64,000 nt of DNA from Spizellomyces punctatus DAOM BR117 (lineage: Eukaryota): NCBI GenBank assembly GCA_000182565.2, contig KQ257462.1; one strand, given 5' to 3'. A program made the translations under genes and the position numbers. Positions 22,903 through 37,476 of the stretch are shown one piece after another. Under the pieces are notes generated by a model, which did not search any database, was not told the DNA's origin, and worked only from the letters and a program-made list of their open reading frames with translations. Numbering within the stretch: position 1 is the first letter of the stretch; each line of letters starts with the position of its first letter.

Positions 22903-25547
22903 TTAATCCCGCTCTCTGTCTCTCTCCCTTTCTTTCCTCTCACCCCGTCTATCATCCCTTTCTCGATCCCGATCTCTTTCGCCGTCGCGTTCCTTCCGAG
23001 AGCTCCGGGAGCTTCGAGAGCTTTTATGATGACGACGGGAGCTTTTGCTGTGTTTGCTTTTACGGCGTTTGGAGGATGGATCGGCTGTGTCGGGTTCACC
23101 GCCATCACGGGAGTGTGAGCGGGATTTGCGTTTATGGTGCCGGCTTCTGCTGCGGCTGCGGCTTCTGCTATGGGATTGGCTGCGGTCGCGGGTATTGGAG
23201 GTTAGGTCGGTTACGGTCGGGTCGCCGGATAGATCTGGTGGAGGTGAACCGCTTTTTTGACTTTGGTCGTCGCCGGGTGATGGGCTTCGGCTTTTGCTGC
23301 GTGATGCGCTTCGCCCGCGGCTTCTACTCCCTTCGCGTTCGTCGATCGCCATGGGCTCAGCGTCTGCAGGAGGAGAGATGGGTGCATCCAACTGGGCAGA
23401 CGGATCCGATTCTCTTTGGTCATATTCGCTCCTCCGGTCCCTTCCCCTGCTACTGCGGCTCCTCTTGTCACGACTGTGGCTACGACTCCTGCTTCTGCTC
23501 CAACTACGATCCCGTTGTTTCCGATCGTAATCTCGATCATAGTCCCGGTGGCTATCTCTCCGTTCGTAATCGTCAGTTGCTCGTTCCTTCACGTACACCT
23601 CTGCTCCCGGCTTACGTCGATCACGTTCGCGATATCTGTCTCTTTCTCGATCGTAATCTCGGCTTGGATAGCCACCTCCTCCACGCCTATCATACCGTTC
23701 GTAATATGGGTCATCGTAATAAGGTCGACGGTCGTCACGAGAGTGATAATTACTACTGTGCGCTGACGTGACAGACGGTCGCTTGTCGTAGATATCCTCG
23801 CTTCCAGGGTAAGGCCCAGATCCTTCTCCGCCTCGTTCATCGTCCTTGCGACGCTCGCTTTCGGAATGAGCAGGAGGCTCGGGTTTGCTTCTACCCTCTG
23901 TTGACTGCGCTTCCCCTTCCTCATCGTGATGCACGCTCGGGCTTTGGACGCGGCGGTGCCCATTAGCTCCATCCAGTTCCGATGCCGCATCACGTCCGTG
24001 ACTGGTAGAGCTTGGCGGGCCCCGGGGACCAGGTGGATAAGGTCTGCAGGTGTGAATTGTGCAAAGGTCAGTCAAAGTTCGCATTCGCAACCACAAGCGT
24101 CATTTACAGACCTTCCATATCCCCTTCCAGCGCCGCCACCTCTCCCAAAACCACCACTCGATCCATATCCATCGTACTCGTAATCTGGACCATCAAAGTA
24201 AGGACCGGGGGGGTATGGTCCGCGTTCAAAAAACCCCGGCCCATACGCGTCGCTTCGAGTAGGACCGCCACCACCATAGCCTCCTCGCATTCCGCGCCCC
24301 ATGCCTCCTCTAAAGCCGTGTTGGTCAGGATAAGGTCCGCCCATACCACCCATCATATGTGGTGGAGGAAAGAATTCTGGCTCAAAAAAGCCTGGGCCTC
24401 CACCCATGTATGCTCCACGACCATAGTTCCCGGGGGGATATGATCCTCGACCTCGACCAGCGGTAGCGGCTCCCCTTCCTGCAATACCCGCGCCAGCCGC
24501 AGGTGGATAACCTCCGGAATTCACTGCAGCCTGAGCGGCAGGAAGAACACCGGCTACCGTCGGTGCCGCGCCGGCAGTTTGGGGTATGGTTCGCTTCATG
24601 GCTTGCTCCGCTCTAACCTCCTTGGGATCCTTCGGAACGGTACGAAACGGATTACCGTGCTGTGTCGCAGGAACCCACTTCACGACAGGTTTGCGACCGT
24701 GGATCTCGCTGATAAACAAAAAATCATATAGTATATTTGAATACTGTGCATACATCCATACCAATACAAATTCCACACCACTTTTGGTAAACCTTTAACT
24801 ACAACTTGATACCAGACATACATTTGTTCAAAGAATTCCTTGGCTCGTGCGGCCGCCTCCGCGGTGGCGAACGGAAGATAACAAATTCCTTTTGACTTGC
24901 CGTTGACTCGGTGCTCCGCAAATGATAATTCGTTAGGTACAAGTTGATCCACCACTCCAGCTTCGCTTATGGCCAATCTCATATCATCATCCGAAGTCCA
25001 CTGGTTGTTCAATGTACGAAATTAAGTTCAACCACCACAAGCCAGAAGTAGGTTACTTGATCCAGTCACATACCCAAGTCAACTCTTCAACATACAATGC
25101 TCTGCTAGCATTGGATGCAGCAGGAGGCACGCCCCACGCCTTTTGTGCCATTGCAGGAGGTGCCGCGCCTGCAGGAATGGCTCCAGCGGGTACCCCGGGA
25201 AGCGGCTGCGTAGGAGTGCCGTTCTGTACAGGGTGCCCGCCCTTCACTTTGTCATTTGCTTCAGATTTTACCTCTTGAGGCTGTTCCTTTTTCTCGTCAG
25301 CTTGGTCATCCGGCCCATAGTCAACAGTATCCGAGTAACTATGAGACTCTCGCCGATCAAGATCAGGTTTTACTTCGCCGGCAGGTCTTGCAGAGAGATC
25401 TCCATAGAGAAAATCATCTTCGTCCTGGACAACCCGTCAGGATTAGGTTTCTCTGTGAGAGCAGTAGACTGCTAGTCTGATCCATACCCCGCCGAGCCCA
25501 GTGCCTCCCAAACCGTCATCGGCGTAGATGTCGAAATCGTCCGCCAT
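22903..25547 (-). CDS. Cleavage factor Im large subunit (CPSF6/CPSF7-like): RRM, Gly/Pro-rich and RS/RD-rich domains
   Basis: MADDFDIYADD; RRM ALYVEELTWWTSDDDM..FAEHRVNGKSKGICY..IHGRKPVV; C-terminal RSRSRSRS / RERDRERD tracts. Confidence 0.85.
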
Positions 25548-26074
25548 GGTGGGTACAAACAGATATTTCTTGGTGAACCGAAGAACGAGCAAAAACTGCG
25601 CTTTTCTATCAAAGGAGGTATCTGCAGGGAAACCCAAACAGTTAGACGACGGTCATCAAAAATAGATCCACACCACGGTGACCGCCCTGCCTGACAATTC
25701 GCTAACGACATGCTCAACATGTAGATGCCTTATACCCAGCCCTGATACTCTACATGTGCCCGTCTTACCTTTGCGGAGACGACTGTGAGTTGGATCTGCC
25801 TTCCCGTCGTGGGCACAAGCAACTTGGAGGGATTCGCTCGCTGCTTTCCCAAGTCACCAAATGCTATGGCAACAAGATCACGTGATATTGCATGGTGCAT
25901 TGATTGCAGACAGGTGGTTGCAAAACGCAAATGAACATGACGATAGAATGCAATTAAAGGTCATGTCTAATATTCTCGCTATCAACCACATACACAGGTC
26001 TATATAAAATGCTCACTTTTTAGCTTAATGCAAAAGCCTATCATCTCTATTCACATCATACAAGTCATTGTCCA

Positions 26075-27143
26075 TCACTGTGGCCCAAACCCGTTGGGTG
26101 GCGATGGATATCGCGCTTGAGTTGGCGGTGCACCATACCTCGGCTGGGCAGGTGGTGGAGGATATCTGGCATTAGTTGGGGCATAGGCTATTGTCGTAGC
26201 CGGTTGCCATCCTCCCTCATACCCATACGGCTGACTATACGCTTGGCTCGATGGAGGTGGTTGGGAGATACCGTACTCTGGTTGGTATGTGGCGTACGGC
26301 GGTTTGACATCCTCTTCTATATATCCAGGTCCTGCTTTCCGTCCCACCGTTGGATATGCGGCATACAATGGCGGGGGCGGTTGGCTCTTTGTGTCGCCGA
26401 GCTTCCCATAGGGTCCCATTCCATTATCAGGATGATTATTGGGAGAATTGTGGAACACCCGGTTGAAAGTCCCCGTTAGTCTCTTTGTCAATGGGAGGTC
26501 ATCGTCATCAGATTCCTTTTTGATAACCTACACAGATACCTGAAATTAGTCTACCGATCTGCAGATCTGATGGGCTCTTTTGTCTACATACCTTGTGGTA
26601 ACCCAGCACGCTCAAGCCACAGAGTGCCACGAAGCCCACCATGGAGCCGCCGATAATGAGAGTAGATTTGAGAGCTTTTGGCATACCACCACTACCTCGA
26701 GTAACAGTCTGATCATCTTGCACGCCATCAGTTGGAGTGGACGTGGCAGTTGCAGTAGGCGTTGGGAGAGTTCGCGGTAGGGTTGGCACAGGCAGTCGAC
26801 TTGAGGGAGCGCTCTGGATAGGAGCAGGACTAGGTGCTGGAAGCTCTCGATTGCTACTAATTGCCGGCGGCGGTCGAACAACGGAAGGAACTGGGGGTCG
26901 AGGTGCTACGACTACTGGAGTTGCGCTCGGAACAGGGTCTTCAACCTCACTGGAGGGAGGAGCGGGTGGTAACCTTGGTGGGTCTGCCGATGGTGCGGAC
27001 GTCGGTGGTCTTGGTTGCAGTATTGGTACGGTTGCACTGGGTACTACTACCGTAGCCCGCTGCCCAACGACACCAACCAGACTTGCCGAAAATAGTACGA
27101 CCAGGAGGAACAGGCTGCGCAAAGTCGCTCGCAGCAATGCCAT
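26075..27143 (-). CDS. Hypothetical single-pass membrane protein (signal peptide, Pro/Ser/Thr-rich ectodomain, Pro/Tyr-rich tail)
   Basis: MALLRATLRSLFLLVVLFSASLVGVVG signal; TM LIIGGSMVGFVALCGLSVLGY; one short intron near 26530-26570; tail with YPPPP/YPSPP. Confidence 0.7.
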
Positions 27144-28416
27144 GATAGATCGAGTGAAACTACTGGTATAAGGTGGATTTTCTGAGGAAAGACTGAGGGG
27201 GTTTTTTCTTTAATGCAACCACACGAGGTTCTGTTTTTCTAAAAGGATTTGCAACTTTAAGGGTTTTACGTCGATCCAGCGCCGCAAATCAGGAGGATTG
27301 TCTATAAAGTCTACTAGATCTATGTTTATAAAGACGACCAGCGCCGACAAGTTTCTTCTGAGCAAAGGACAGCTCTTTTTACAAGCTCGCAGGGATGGCC
27401 ATCAACAAAAAAAGCGTTGGAAAAAAAAGAAGAAAATGAAACCGCAAGCTCTGCGATAGACGTGCCCTTGCAAGAAGGGCAGCAAAGGGAGATAGCACAC
27501 ACACAAATAAGTTTTCTTTTCCTGTGTGCGAAATGAATCGAAAAGCGTTCAAAGGAAAGTGTGAAATTCCTTGCATTGCATTTGAATGCATTGGAATGAT
27601 TCATGTTGAGTTGTATTATCATTGGAATCCACATGCAATCGGATTGCAAATGTACATTCAAGGGTGTGCAATACTCCACTTTCACTTTTCCTTTTTTTTC
27701 TTGTGCTTTTTTGGGGGGCACTCTGGTATAACTCGTAGGGAGTGAACGGCAACCCTCTTGGTCGTTGAACGGCAACTGATTCAAGTGTTGTAGAACCATT
27801 TGGGGCGTACCATGTCGTTCCTACTTGCACTCTAGTTGACAGCTCAAAAACATCCAAGTGTATGCTCTTCATCACACAATTTGCTCTCATCACTCTCGAA
27901 CATTCAAATCCCCTATTTCTTTATAAAGTTTCGCAATACGGAAAACCGATCATGTCCCGCTTGGTTTTCCATTAAAAGCTATTCCAACAATGCGAAACCC
28001 ACCCATAAAAGACTCAACTTGAGCATTAAATAACTGAAACGCGTTCAATTCCAAAACACTGTTAAAGAATCATTAAAGAATCGCTTGTTGATTGGATTAG
28101 GAACTTCTGACTTGGTCCGAAACAGCTAGCCGCTATATGAGTTGGAAAGGTTTAGTTTTGTTGTTTGGAGGGCAGGAAGACCCAACTTGCTCTTTGTTTT
28201 TTTTCCTACGCTCGTTTCTTTAAAGCAGAACGGGCAAAAGAAGCATTTTTCACAACAATCCTTTTATACAAATATAATATAGAGTTACACTGGGCATTCT
28301 TTTCATCGTTCTTCTTGTTCGCAAGCGACGCTCTCCATCCTGTCTTGCCCGTTCGCTTGTCCGTCGTTTGGAAACTATAACAAGCAAGAGGGCAGGCCCA
28401 CCACGGCCCTACCACC

Positions 28417-30295
28417 ATGCTCATTCGATATGAGCCAAAGCAAGCATTCTCGACATGTCTGCTAGCGCTCTTCTTCCTCATACTCTCTGTCTCTGCTGCT
28501 CCCTCAAAAACCGTTGTAGTCAAGAACCGAGATGTCGTTGCGGACATGCCACGCTTGTATGGAATGAGCGAAGCCTTGCGGCAGCTCTTACCAAACGGTC
28601 ATGCAAACCTCACTGAAGGAAACGCTGACGGCTCCATTATAATATTGAAGAAAAACATTAGCGAAGCGCAAGGTTTGGCGAAATTGTCTTTTTACCGCTC
28701 AATGTTTCTATTTAGCTCAAAATGTAATAACTTTCCAGTGCGAGAACACTTTGACTGGCTCAAGAAAAGATTTGACACAGTAAATAAAGAGGCCAAGAAT
28801 GCAACAGTGTCAAAAAGGGCTGTTAAAAATGAAGCTCGCCTCCACTGTCTGTTTGAAATGGGTTATGCTGGCCACTTTCCCGCTACCCTCCGCGACGCGC
28901 TTGCTAGTCGGCCTGAAGTTGCAAAGATAGAGCCGGACTCTGTCTTGCGTATTAGCCAGCAGCTTGCGGGCCAACTAAGCTGGGGGTTGGATAGGTTAGA
29001 TCAACGGAAACTACCGTTGGACGGAAAGTACCTTGCGAGCGGCCCTCTTGGGTAAGACCATGACCGATTCTTGCGTCTTCACCGCAGCTCCATATTGACA
29101 TAATTCACAAATTTTCAGATCGGGAGTCGACGTCTACGTGCTTGACTCTGGAATCAATATCGCCCACCAGGAATTCGGTGGTCGCGCGCGGTTTGGCGTC
29201 AGTTTTAGTGGGAGTGGCAACGAAGACGGAGTAGGACACGGAACCCATGTTGCAGGCACCATTGGGGGAAAAACTGTCGGCGTCGCCAGGAATGTGAATC
29301 TGGTTTCTGTAAAGGTTATAGACAATGATGGAAGCGGGTCAGCTTCCAGCGTTATCATGGGATTAGAATGGTGCGTAGATTATCGACCTGTGTGGTCTTT
29401 CATTACTCGCGTCGACGCCGCTGACACGATTTGTTTTCACCTGCAGGGTTACTAGACAGGTAACCACCAGCCAAACACCAAGTATCATCAACATGTCCAT
29501 AGGCGGTTCCCGCTCCACTGCGCTCGATATGGCCGTCTTGAACGCCGTAAAGGCGGGAATTACCGTTGTGGTAGGACCCGTTGTGTCCATACTCTGTTTA
29601 CATGATTGTCACTGTTCTCACATCATGTATATCAACAGGCTGCAGCCGGAAATGACAATCATGACGCATGCCTCGATTCACCCGCTAACCTCATGCCTGT
29701 CATCACTGTCGGCGCTTTGACCCAAAATGACACCAAAGCATCGTTCAGTAATTATGGCACCTGCGTTAAACTGTTTGCCCCCGGAGCGGCTATTCGGTCG
29801 GCGTGGAATCAAGGGCCCCAGAGTTATCAAGTACTAGATGGGACTTCAATGGCGTATGTAGCTGTTGCTGGCTGTAATTTGCGCTCCTTGTCATTTGTCT
29901 GACATTTGAAATTTTTCTCCAGATCGCCTCATGCAGCTGGAGCTGCAGCCGTGTGCTTGTCCCAGAACCCCGAGTTCACTCCCCTCCAAGTTCGAGACGC
30001 TCTCCTCAAAGGATCAGAAAGTGGTGTCATCGGGAACCTCGATTCGACTTCGCCCAATAAATTATTGAGTCTCGCGGGCATGTTCGACACGGATGATTTT
30101 ACGGGTAATATTCCCCAAGGCACACCAAATACACCACCGGGCGGGGTCAAGCAGGGAGCATCAACAGCCGCACCGTCACCAGCCATGTCGACCAAGAAGA
30201 AGACGAGCGGTGCTCAACGTAGAAAGAGTGTTGGATGGAGTAGTACGGCTCCACTGATACTGGCAGTAGCTTGGGGTAGCTGGGCCCTTGCATGA
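28417..30295 (+). CDS. Secreted subtilisin-like serine protease (S8, proteinase K type) with I9 propeptide
   Basis: Signal peptide; SWGLDRLDQ; catalytic triad VYVLDSGI, GHGTHVAG, GTSMASPH; AAGN oxyanion motif. Confidence 0.93.
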
Positions 30296-30786
30296 TTCAG
30301 TAAAGAGTTTTTAGTTGGTTCATATCTTTTTTCTCTCAAAGGTGCATTGTAGATAATCAGCGCCCTCTGTATAAATGTAGGGCAGTTTAGTGACATTTTG
30401 GTGGGACTCTTTTTTAGCTGTACATATTTTGTAGACGAGATTAGAGTCAGCTGAAATAACACTGACCGTGCAACGTGAAGCGTTGGTGTGTATTCCCGCT
30501 TGCTTTTATTTTCTGTGTACAGCTGTCACTCTGGATGCAATCAAGCAACAAAAAAAATCGTTTCGAAAAATGGATATTATGTAAATGCTACTCTACAACT
30601 GAACTTTAGTTATCATACAGCAAATTGCAATTTCCGTCCATCCGTTTCCTTTTTTCCGCGTTGTTTCAAATATCATGCAAAACGCCCCATTCTAACTTGG
30701 AGTTCTGTTTCTTTCGGGTTACTTTGTCCATCTTTCCTTTCGTCTATTGCACTTTTCCGTTGTTTACATTGATCCAATATTCTTTC

Positions 30787-33700
30787 TCATTCAAATTCGG
30801 GTTCCTGAGGTCCCCCAAATTGCCGGTCCCATTCAAATCGCAATTCGTATCTGGGCAATCCGTATCGGGCGTGCATGGCCGGTAATGTTATTTCATCCCG
30901 ATCCCGTTCTCCCCATCTGCCCCATACTCGCTTCCTTTGTATTATCTTCATCCTGATGAGGGCCACCTTTAACCAAACGATAGGGACCTCGGCGACGTAT
31001 CGATTGTGTTGTGCAGTGTTCAGTTTAGCGTCTGCCCTAATCTTGTGGCCGCGCATGACAAGCTTGGCTCCGCCCCATAGCAAGTACAGTGCATACGCGA
31101 GCCTAAGCCACTTCATTGCCTTGAGCTTTGATGTCGCGATGCTCATGAAACTGTTGGCCAGGCTTTTGGTTCGGCTGTCTGTGAGCCAGGACATTTCAAA
31201 CATGAGATGAATGGCCGATGCGGCGTGGTGAATTGCAAGAGCGGGAATATAAGATTGCTCGCTTCCAATCCTCTTTAGTGCGTTCATAAAGTTTCGGCAG
31301 ATTGCAAGAGGATCTATAATGCGGCCAGCCCGAATATCTGCTTTGGCTTGAACGCCTAGATACAATAGCTCCATTGCCGGATCTAGAGCCACTGGCAGGG
31401 GCGACTCCTGCCATAATTCATGAAGCCTATCCGATTGCTCCTCAATATCGTCCACAAGGGAGCTGTCGTTGAGATTGGTAAGAAAGAGCAACGTCCCCCA
31501 AAACGAGCCCAACCAATAATCTTCTTCAATTGCCCATGAACGTAGGGCATTGGCTTCTTTGCGTGATTCTGATCGTTTTTCCGTAAAGAACATGATAATA
31601 GCTTTCAGACGATGAGCACGCTCACGAGCTACAATATCGCCCGCGATTTTTGCAGCTCGGATCACTTCATCTAAATGCTTGATCGCATCTTCGTATTGAC
31701 CCACTTGAAAGTGCATTTGAGCAATCACTTCATGTAAATGTACCATGCTGAATACATCGCTACGGCGTTCCAACGCGGCAGCAGTTTTCATAAATCGGAG
31801 TCCTTCTTGTTCTTTTCCTTCATGTTGTATTCGTAGACAGCCATACATGGCTAGGAAACGACTGTAAATGGCTTTAAGTGGGAAATTGTAACAGAGGTTG
31901 AGACCCGTCACCACGCAATACTTGTGATGTGTTCGGCGATGATCCCGGAAATAGATTTGGGCAAGGATCAACAGGCATAAGCGGACGTTATGTAAAATGG
32001 CCAAGTTTGGATCTTTGCTAATGAGGTCTGCTAGGTCTGAATCTGAGGAATCGTAATTGTGTGGTTCGGCCGGTAACGGTGGTGTCTTTGTTGATGCTGC
32101 TACTGAAATCTCGCGATAGTGTCCGCCCTCTGGTCTCTCAGCGTTTCCGTCACGGGTCTCGCTCTCCCGGGGAGACTCTGCTCTCCTCTGTTCCACGCTA
32201 TTTGCAGACGAAGCTGATCGTTGATGAAAATCCATCGCCTGCTGGATGGTCAACCCACCCGGTTGTGTTGAAGTTGTGTCCTTGATGCTGTGCACGGACC
32301 GCTCGAATAATTTGCGAGCTTGCTCCATGTCGTGTTGTTCAGGCTCATCCTTGTCAAAATCCGAAATTTCTGTGGCGGGGATAGTAAATCCTTCCTTCTC
32401 CACCTCCTCAATCAGTCCATCTTTCCATCGCTGTTTGTTTGCCATTTCTCTATGTATGCGCCAGCGCAGTGTCACAGAGGACGTTGGAATATCATGTCCA
32501 ACCAGGTGAAGACTTTGAACTAAATGACGCTCGGCATTTAAGACGTCGTTTTTCCAAAAGTATGCCTCCCCCAACTCCCGATGCCAGGTGGCTACAGTGG
32601 CCTTGTCGAAAAACACGAGACCTTTTTCTTCTTGAACGTTTTCAGTCATCTTCATGAGTGTGTTGTAGTGCTTGATGGTTTCTGCAATCCATCGCTGTTC
32701 CCAACTAAACTTTGCAACTTCCGCTTGATACTTTACTTTCTTGATCATCTGATTGTCATCTGTTTCCATATAGTGCTCAAAAAGCGGAACCAAAAGACTC
32801 TGCCGTGCCTCTTCGTCCTTTTTGATCTTTGCTTCATAGTACAATGCAATATTGAGGTGCAGTTGTTGCCGCTGGGACAGCACCATCATTGAGTATATGC
32901 AGTTTCTGACGGCGACCGACTTGAACTGAAACGTCATTCCCTCCCTATGCTTTACCAAGAAGCCATACTTGTCGTACTGCTGAATCTTGCGGGCGATCTG
33001 CGAGTAGTTGCGACGCTCGAATCGTTCACTGAAGACAGGCATGTCAATAAGAAAGTGTAGAACATCGTCGACAGCAAAGCGCTGGCCGAGGACAGCAGCG
33101 ATTTTGAGGAACAGTTGAAAAGTCCTATCCAAGCGATCAAACTGCGCCAGTATAATACTCTGATGATCTTGACCGACGACAATGTGGTCAAAATTGAAAT
33201 TATCCCCCTGCGTAGTCAAGAGACCATTCGAGTCGACTCTGTATTGTCCCGACTCTTGTAGCGCAGTGACGAGGGATCGAATGTAGAGAGGTTTCCCTTC
33301 TGTTCGCTTGTGGATGTTCTCCACTAAATAGTCATCCACTTTTTTGATGGGTGAGGGCCATGTATATTGGATTAGCTCTTTCGTCTCAAACAAGCTCAAT
33401 CCATTGACTTTCAGCCTGGCGATACGGAAATCATTGTGCCGTTTAATCTTTTTGAACGTCGCAAGTGCTTCTTGGTTATCAAAATACTTTTCCAGGCGAG
33501 TGAAGACAAACACCTGGATTCCTTTACAGGATGTGATGACATCAAACAGTAATTCCCAAGAAAGAGCATCCATCCATTGCGATTCGTGAAAGACGAGAAC
33601 TAGGCTGTTGCTAGCTGCGACGGCTTTGAGGATCTTGCAGATGACCTCAGTAAGCTCTTTGACTTGCAGTTTGGTGGAAATGACCTGCCCGTGTTCTTGA

Positions 33701-36700
33701 TGAGGGACATCGAAATCATTAGGGAAGATGAGACCAAAGATATATGCCGCCACAGTGTCGTTAAAGCCCACCAACGGCAGCGCAGCGAAAATCTTGTCTT
33801 TCATGGACACTTGTTTGATTGGTTGAGATGGCGAGCAGCCTTCAGCTGGACTATTCTGTTCAATTGGGCGAGCCTCGCTGACTTCAGCCACGGCCTTTAG
33901 CTTGGCCGGCTCAGTGTCGATATTCGGTCGTCCCATGGAAGAAGATGCTGATGAGGCCGATCGCGCAAGTGATAATGGCGTAGCACCCTCTGAGCCAGCA
34001 AAGGATACCGATCGCCTCCCAGCGTCTTCTCCTCCCATCAAGGACTTGCGAGATCGTTGTCGGACAGAGGCCCAAATGTCGCGTTTGACGGTCGGAATGG
34101 TCTTTTCTGGAGATGCAGCCGCGGGGGCTTCAGGCGACTTTGGGATAATCATCATCTCATCTGGAAGTGGAATGAGCTTAAAAGTCAGAGTACCATCTGG
34201 GTTCACGGTGGCCTCAGTGATAACGTTGCATAGATCCGTGAGAATCTCTCGCCAGGCATAGAACGGCGTAGCTTTTTCAGTTTCACTTGCACCACCAGTA
34301 CTATTCAAAAGCAAAATGAAATCATGAGCCAATTGTTCGACAAGAAAAAGTTGCAAAAGACTTACCAAACTGCTATGCTACGCCTAGCCGCGGCCATTTG
34401 TGTCCACTCCACAAAGCTGGATAGGCCTTGTCCACTTTCAGCTTCAAGAATAGTGATCATTGGGTCTCTGGTCTTCACATCTTCATCGTCGAATTCTTCC
34501 AATGCGCTACGAATCGCTTGCTTTTCTTGGTACCGACCGACAAGTTCTCCTCTTTCCAAGGCGAGAGGGTTGCGGACAGAGGCACCGCGAAGAGACTTTT
34601 CCGGTACAATACCCTTGGGACGGAATATGGAAATTGGATGGGTTTTGCCCTTTACTTTGGTTTCTCCGAGCTTGTCAAAGACAAAGTGCTGCTCGCACAA
34701 GTTGAAAGATCGCTCATCGCATAGGAGGGATTGCTTGGCTTCGGTATGGCACATTAAGCGGGCAGCCATGTTGATAGAATCTCCCATCTAGAGAAGTAAG
34801 ACTTTCATGGCCGAACCAGTGTATAGATGGGAAATCGGTGATGAACTTACCACTGCGTATTCAGTACGAACAGAGTTACCTACACCACCAATGGAAACCA
34901 CACCCGTAGTGATCCCGATTGAAAAATCATCAAACATTTCCGTGAACTGTGAGCAAATCTCAAGTGCGGCCTTGATGCCGAACGTAGCATCATTCTCATG
35001 AGCCAAAGGAGGAAGACCAAAGAAGGCCAAAATAACAGCACCCTTCTCGTCAACATGGAACTGCCTCAAGCTGCCTTCAAACCGGGTGAAAGCTGACTGA
35101 ACAATTCTCATGGCTTCTTGTGCCTCCTGCAACTTTGCAATGCTTTCCCATCGACGTAGTGATCCGATACGAATGAATACTGTTGTGACTTGTCGGAGCT
35201 CATATAGGCCGAGAAGGTCAGTTAAACCCGATTCGAGATGAAATAAACGGGACTGGCTAATATCAGCTTGAAGTTTGAAAAGTGCGCTCTGGTTAATAAA
35301 GTTGCGATATAGCTCAACGTTGACCGCGGGAGGCACAATATCCCATAGCGCTAGATCATCGTTGGACGCGGGAAGAGGAGGGGCAAGTTTTCGACGAGCC
35401 TTTTCGAGACCCTGCAGGATGATGCAGCGCTTGTCGTAATCACCGATCGTAACGCTCCCGAGTTCCAAGATGACAGAAAGTGATCGAAGAGCTTGATGAG
35501 ACATGGCCAGTTCACCTGTAGGAGGCGAGATATTGCCAGTACGATTAACCAAGAGATCTCCGATAGACATTTTTAAAGACAAAAAGCTAGTAGTTTACTC
35601 AATACTCACCAGCTTTTGCTATATCCAACACCCCTGAAATCTGGTTGACTGCATCGCCAGCGATGAAATGCTCCCATCTTGTTGGTACACCAACGTGAAC
35701 ATCATACACAGTTCCCGCTCCGATACCCAAGTGAATACGCAAAACTTTGATTTCGCACATGGGGATGTCGATAGGGAAAATGCCGAGATTGTTGAGTAAA
35801 TCCATGCAGCAGTAAGATGCTTTGAGAACCAATTCCCCTCTAGTTGCCTCATCCTCGATGTCCTCCTTACGGGGATCGAGAGACCAGTAGAAAATGACGG
35901 CATCACCTTTAGGACCAGTTGTGGGTTAACCTACAAGTTCAACTCCGCATAGAAGAAAATCTCCGACAACTTACCAGCAAACTTGACTATATCTCCGCCG
36001 TGCAGGAGAATGGTCTGGATGATCTGTTCAAGAAAGAGGAGGTTAAACGGGATCAAGTAATCATGTTGCGCAAAGAAAGCAGAGCATGTGCCATTACCTT
36101 ATCTAAATATCCTTTCATCGTCTTACCCAAAATTTCAGCGCCGGAAGGACCTCTCTCAGCCAAAGTGGAGGTCAAGTTAGAGTAGCCGCTCACATCAGCC
36201 ATTACCACTGCTGCAAAGGTTTCTTCAGCGCTAGGCGCCATATGAGCCAGGTAGGGACTCTCTAGGGTATCAACATTACAGCAAGCAGAATGCCTGTGAT
36301 GTACTATTTCCGCCATTGTAGGGGAGGCGCCGATAATATTGTCAATCCCAACTCCTGGAACGACAGAACTTGAAATCTTGATGGTCTTGTCTGCCTGGAC
36401 CCCAGGTGAACCGGCTTCAGCACCTTTTTTCAAGCGATCATCATGTTAGCAAAAATTCAAATCCCAATTTTGTTTTTTCTCCGCAGAATATCTTGTAATA
36501 TCAAACTTCTTACCTGGTTGTGCAGGCTTGTCAACTGGGCTCTTTGGGCAGTGATGATCGCACCACTCTCGGACATGTTTGGATATGAAATTGGGTAAGA
36601 TGTGCTCAAGTTGGATGGGTTGTGACAACAATTGGTCTCCCAATCGGCTGTTGTGAATGGAAAGGAGGTTGTCGGTCGTAAGTGCATTGGTGGTGGTTCT

Positions 36701-36826
36701 CTCTCGAACATCTCCAGAGGTTGATGCTGGATCGGTCGCAAGATTTGCTCGACTTGCGCCTTGATTTCGCTGTGGACGGTCCCGACCTCGACCCCAACGG
36801 AGGGGGACGTCCTGTCGGCGATCCAT
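30787..36826 (-). CDS. Soluble adenylyl cyclase (ADCY10)-like protein: tandem class III cyclase domains, STAND-type NTPase, TPR-like helical region
   Basis: AVVMADVSGYSNLT, GDIVKFAGDAVIF, LRIHLGIG, QFHVDEKG, SIGITTG, EYAVMGDSINMAARLM, KVKGKTHPISIF, HESQWMD, TEGKPLYI. Start uncertain (36826 or 36919). Confidence 0.88.
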
Positions 36827-37476
36827 CTGGTTACTGTAGGCTTGGAAGCCAGGAATCACTTGGGAAACTTGGTCTGCAACGAATGCGTAGATCTGCCGAC
36901 AAAATGTGAGAAATCCCATGCGGTCTGTTAGGGATAGTCGTCTCGTGGTGAAGGAAGGGAGACGGGGAGAAAGATAGATGGACCCTCTTTTATTTCATGC
37001 ACTTGGCGGAGTTCCCGGGGATTTTTTTTATATAGAACGGATTCCATAATACAGATGGCAAGCTATAAAAACTGCCATGGGAGAGAGGGGAATGTGTCCA
37101 AGATACCCTTAGTGGGGACCAATCCCATAATGTTCCGATGTGCTTACTGCATACGACGAGCTGTTGAGCGCATTCGACAATAGCGTTTTGATCATAACTA
37201 TTTCATGGAGACCCTCATTCCTGACTGGCAAGTGTCTATAGAATATCTCGTATATAAAAATAGTAGCCAAGCATAATCTGACCCTGTCGCGGCCTATATT
37301 GTTCCATAATAGAGACATTGTGGTTGCATACCAAGGAAATAACAAGTTTCACGAGCCATCTTGGCAGCGCTAAGGTCATCAGTGACATAAAAAGACTTGT
37401 CGGACAGCCGGTCCCTTGTTCATAGCATCTTCGTCCGTGCCGTTCCTACACTCGATCACAGATACCACTATTCCTA

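Noticed and set aside
22644-23771. 375-aa plus-strand ORF
   Set aside because: Antisense shadow of the low-complexity RS-rich CPSF6-like exon.
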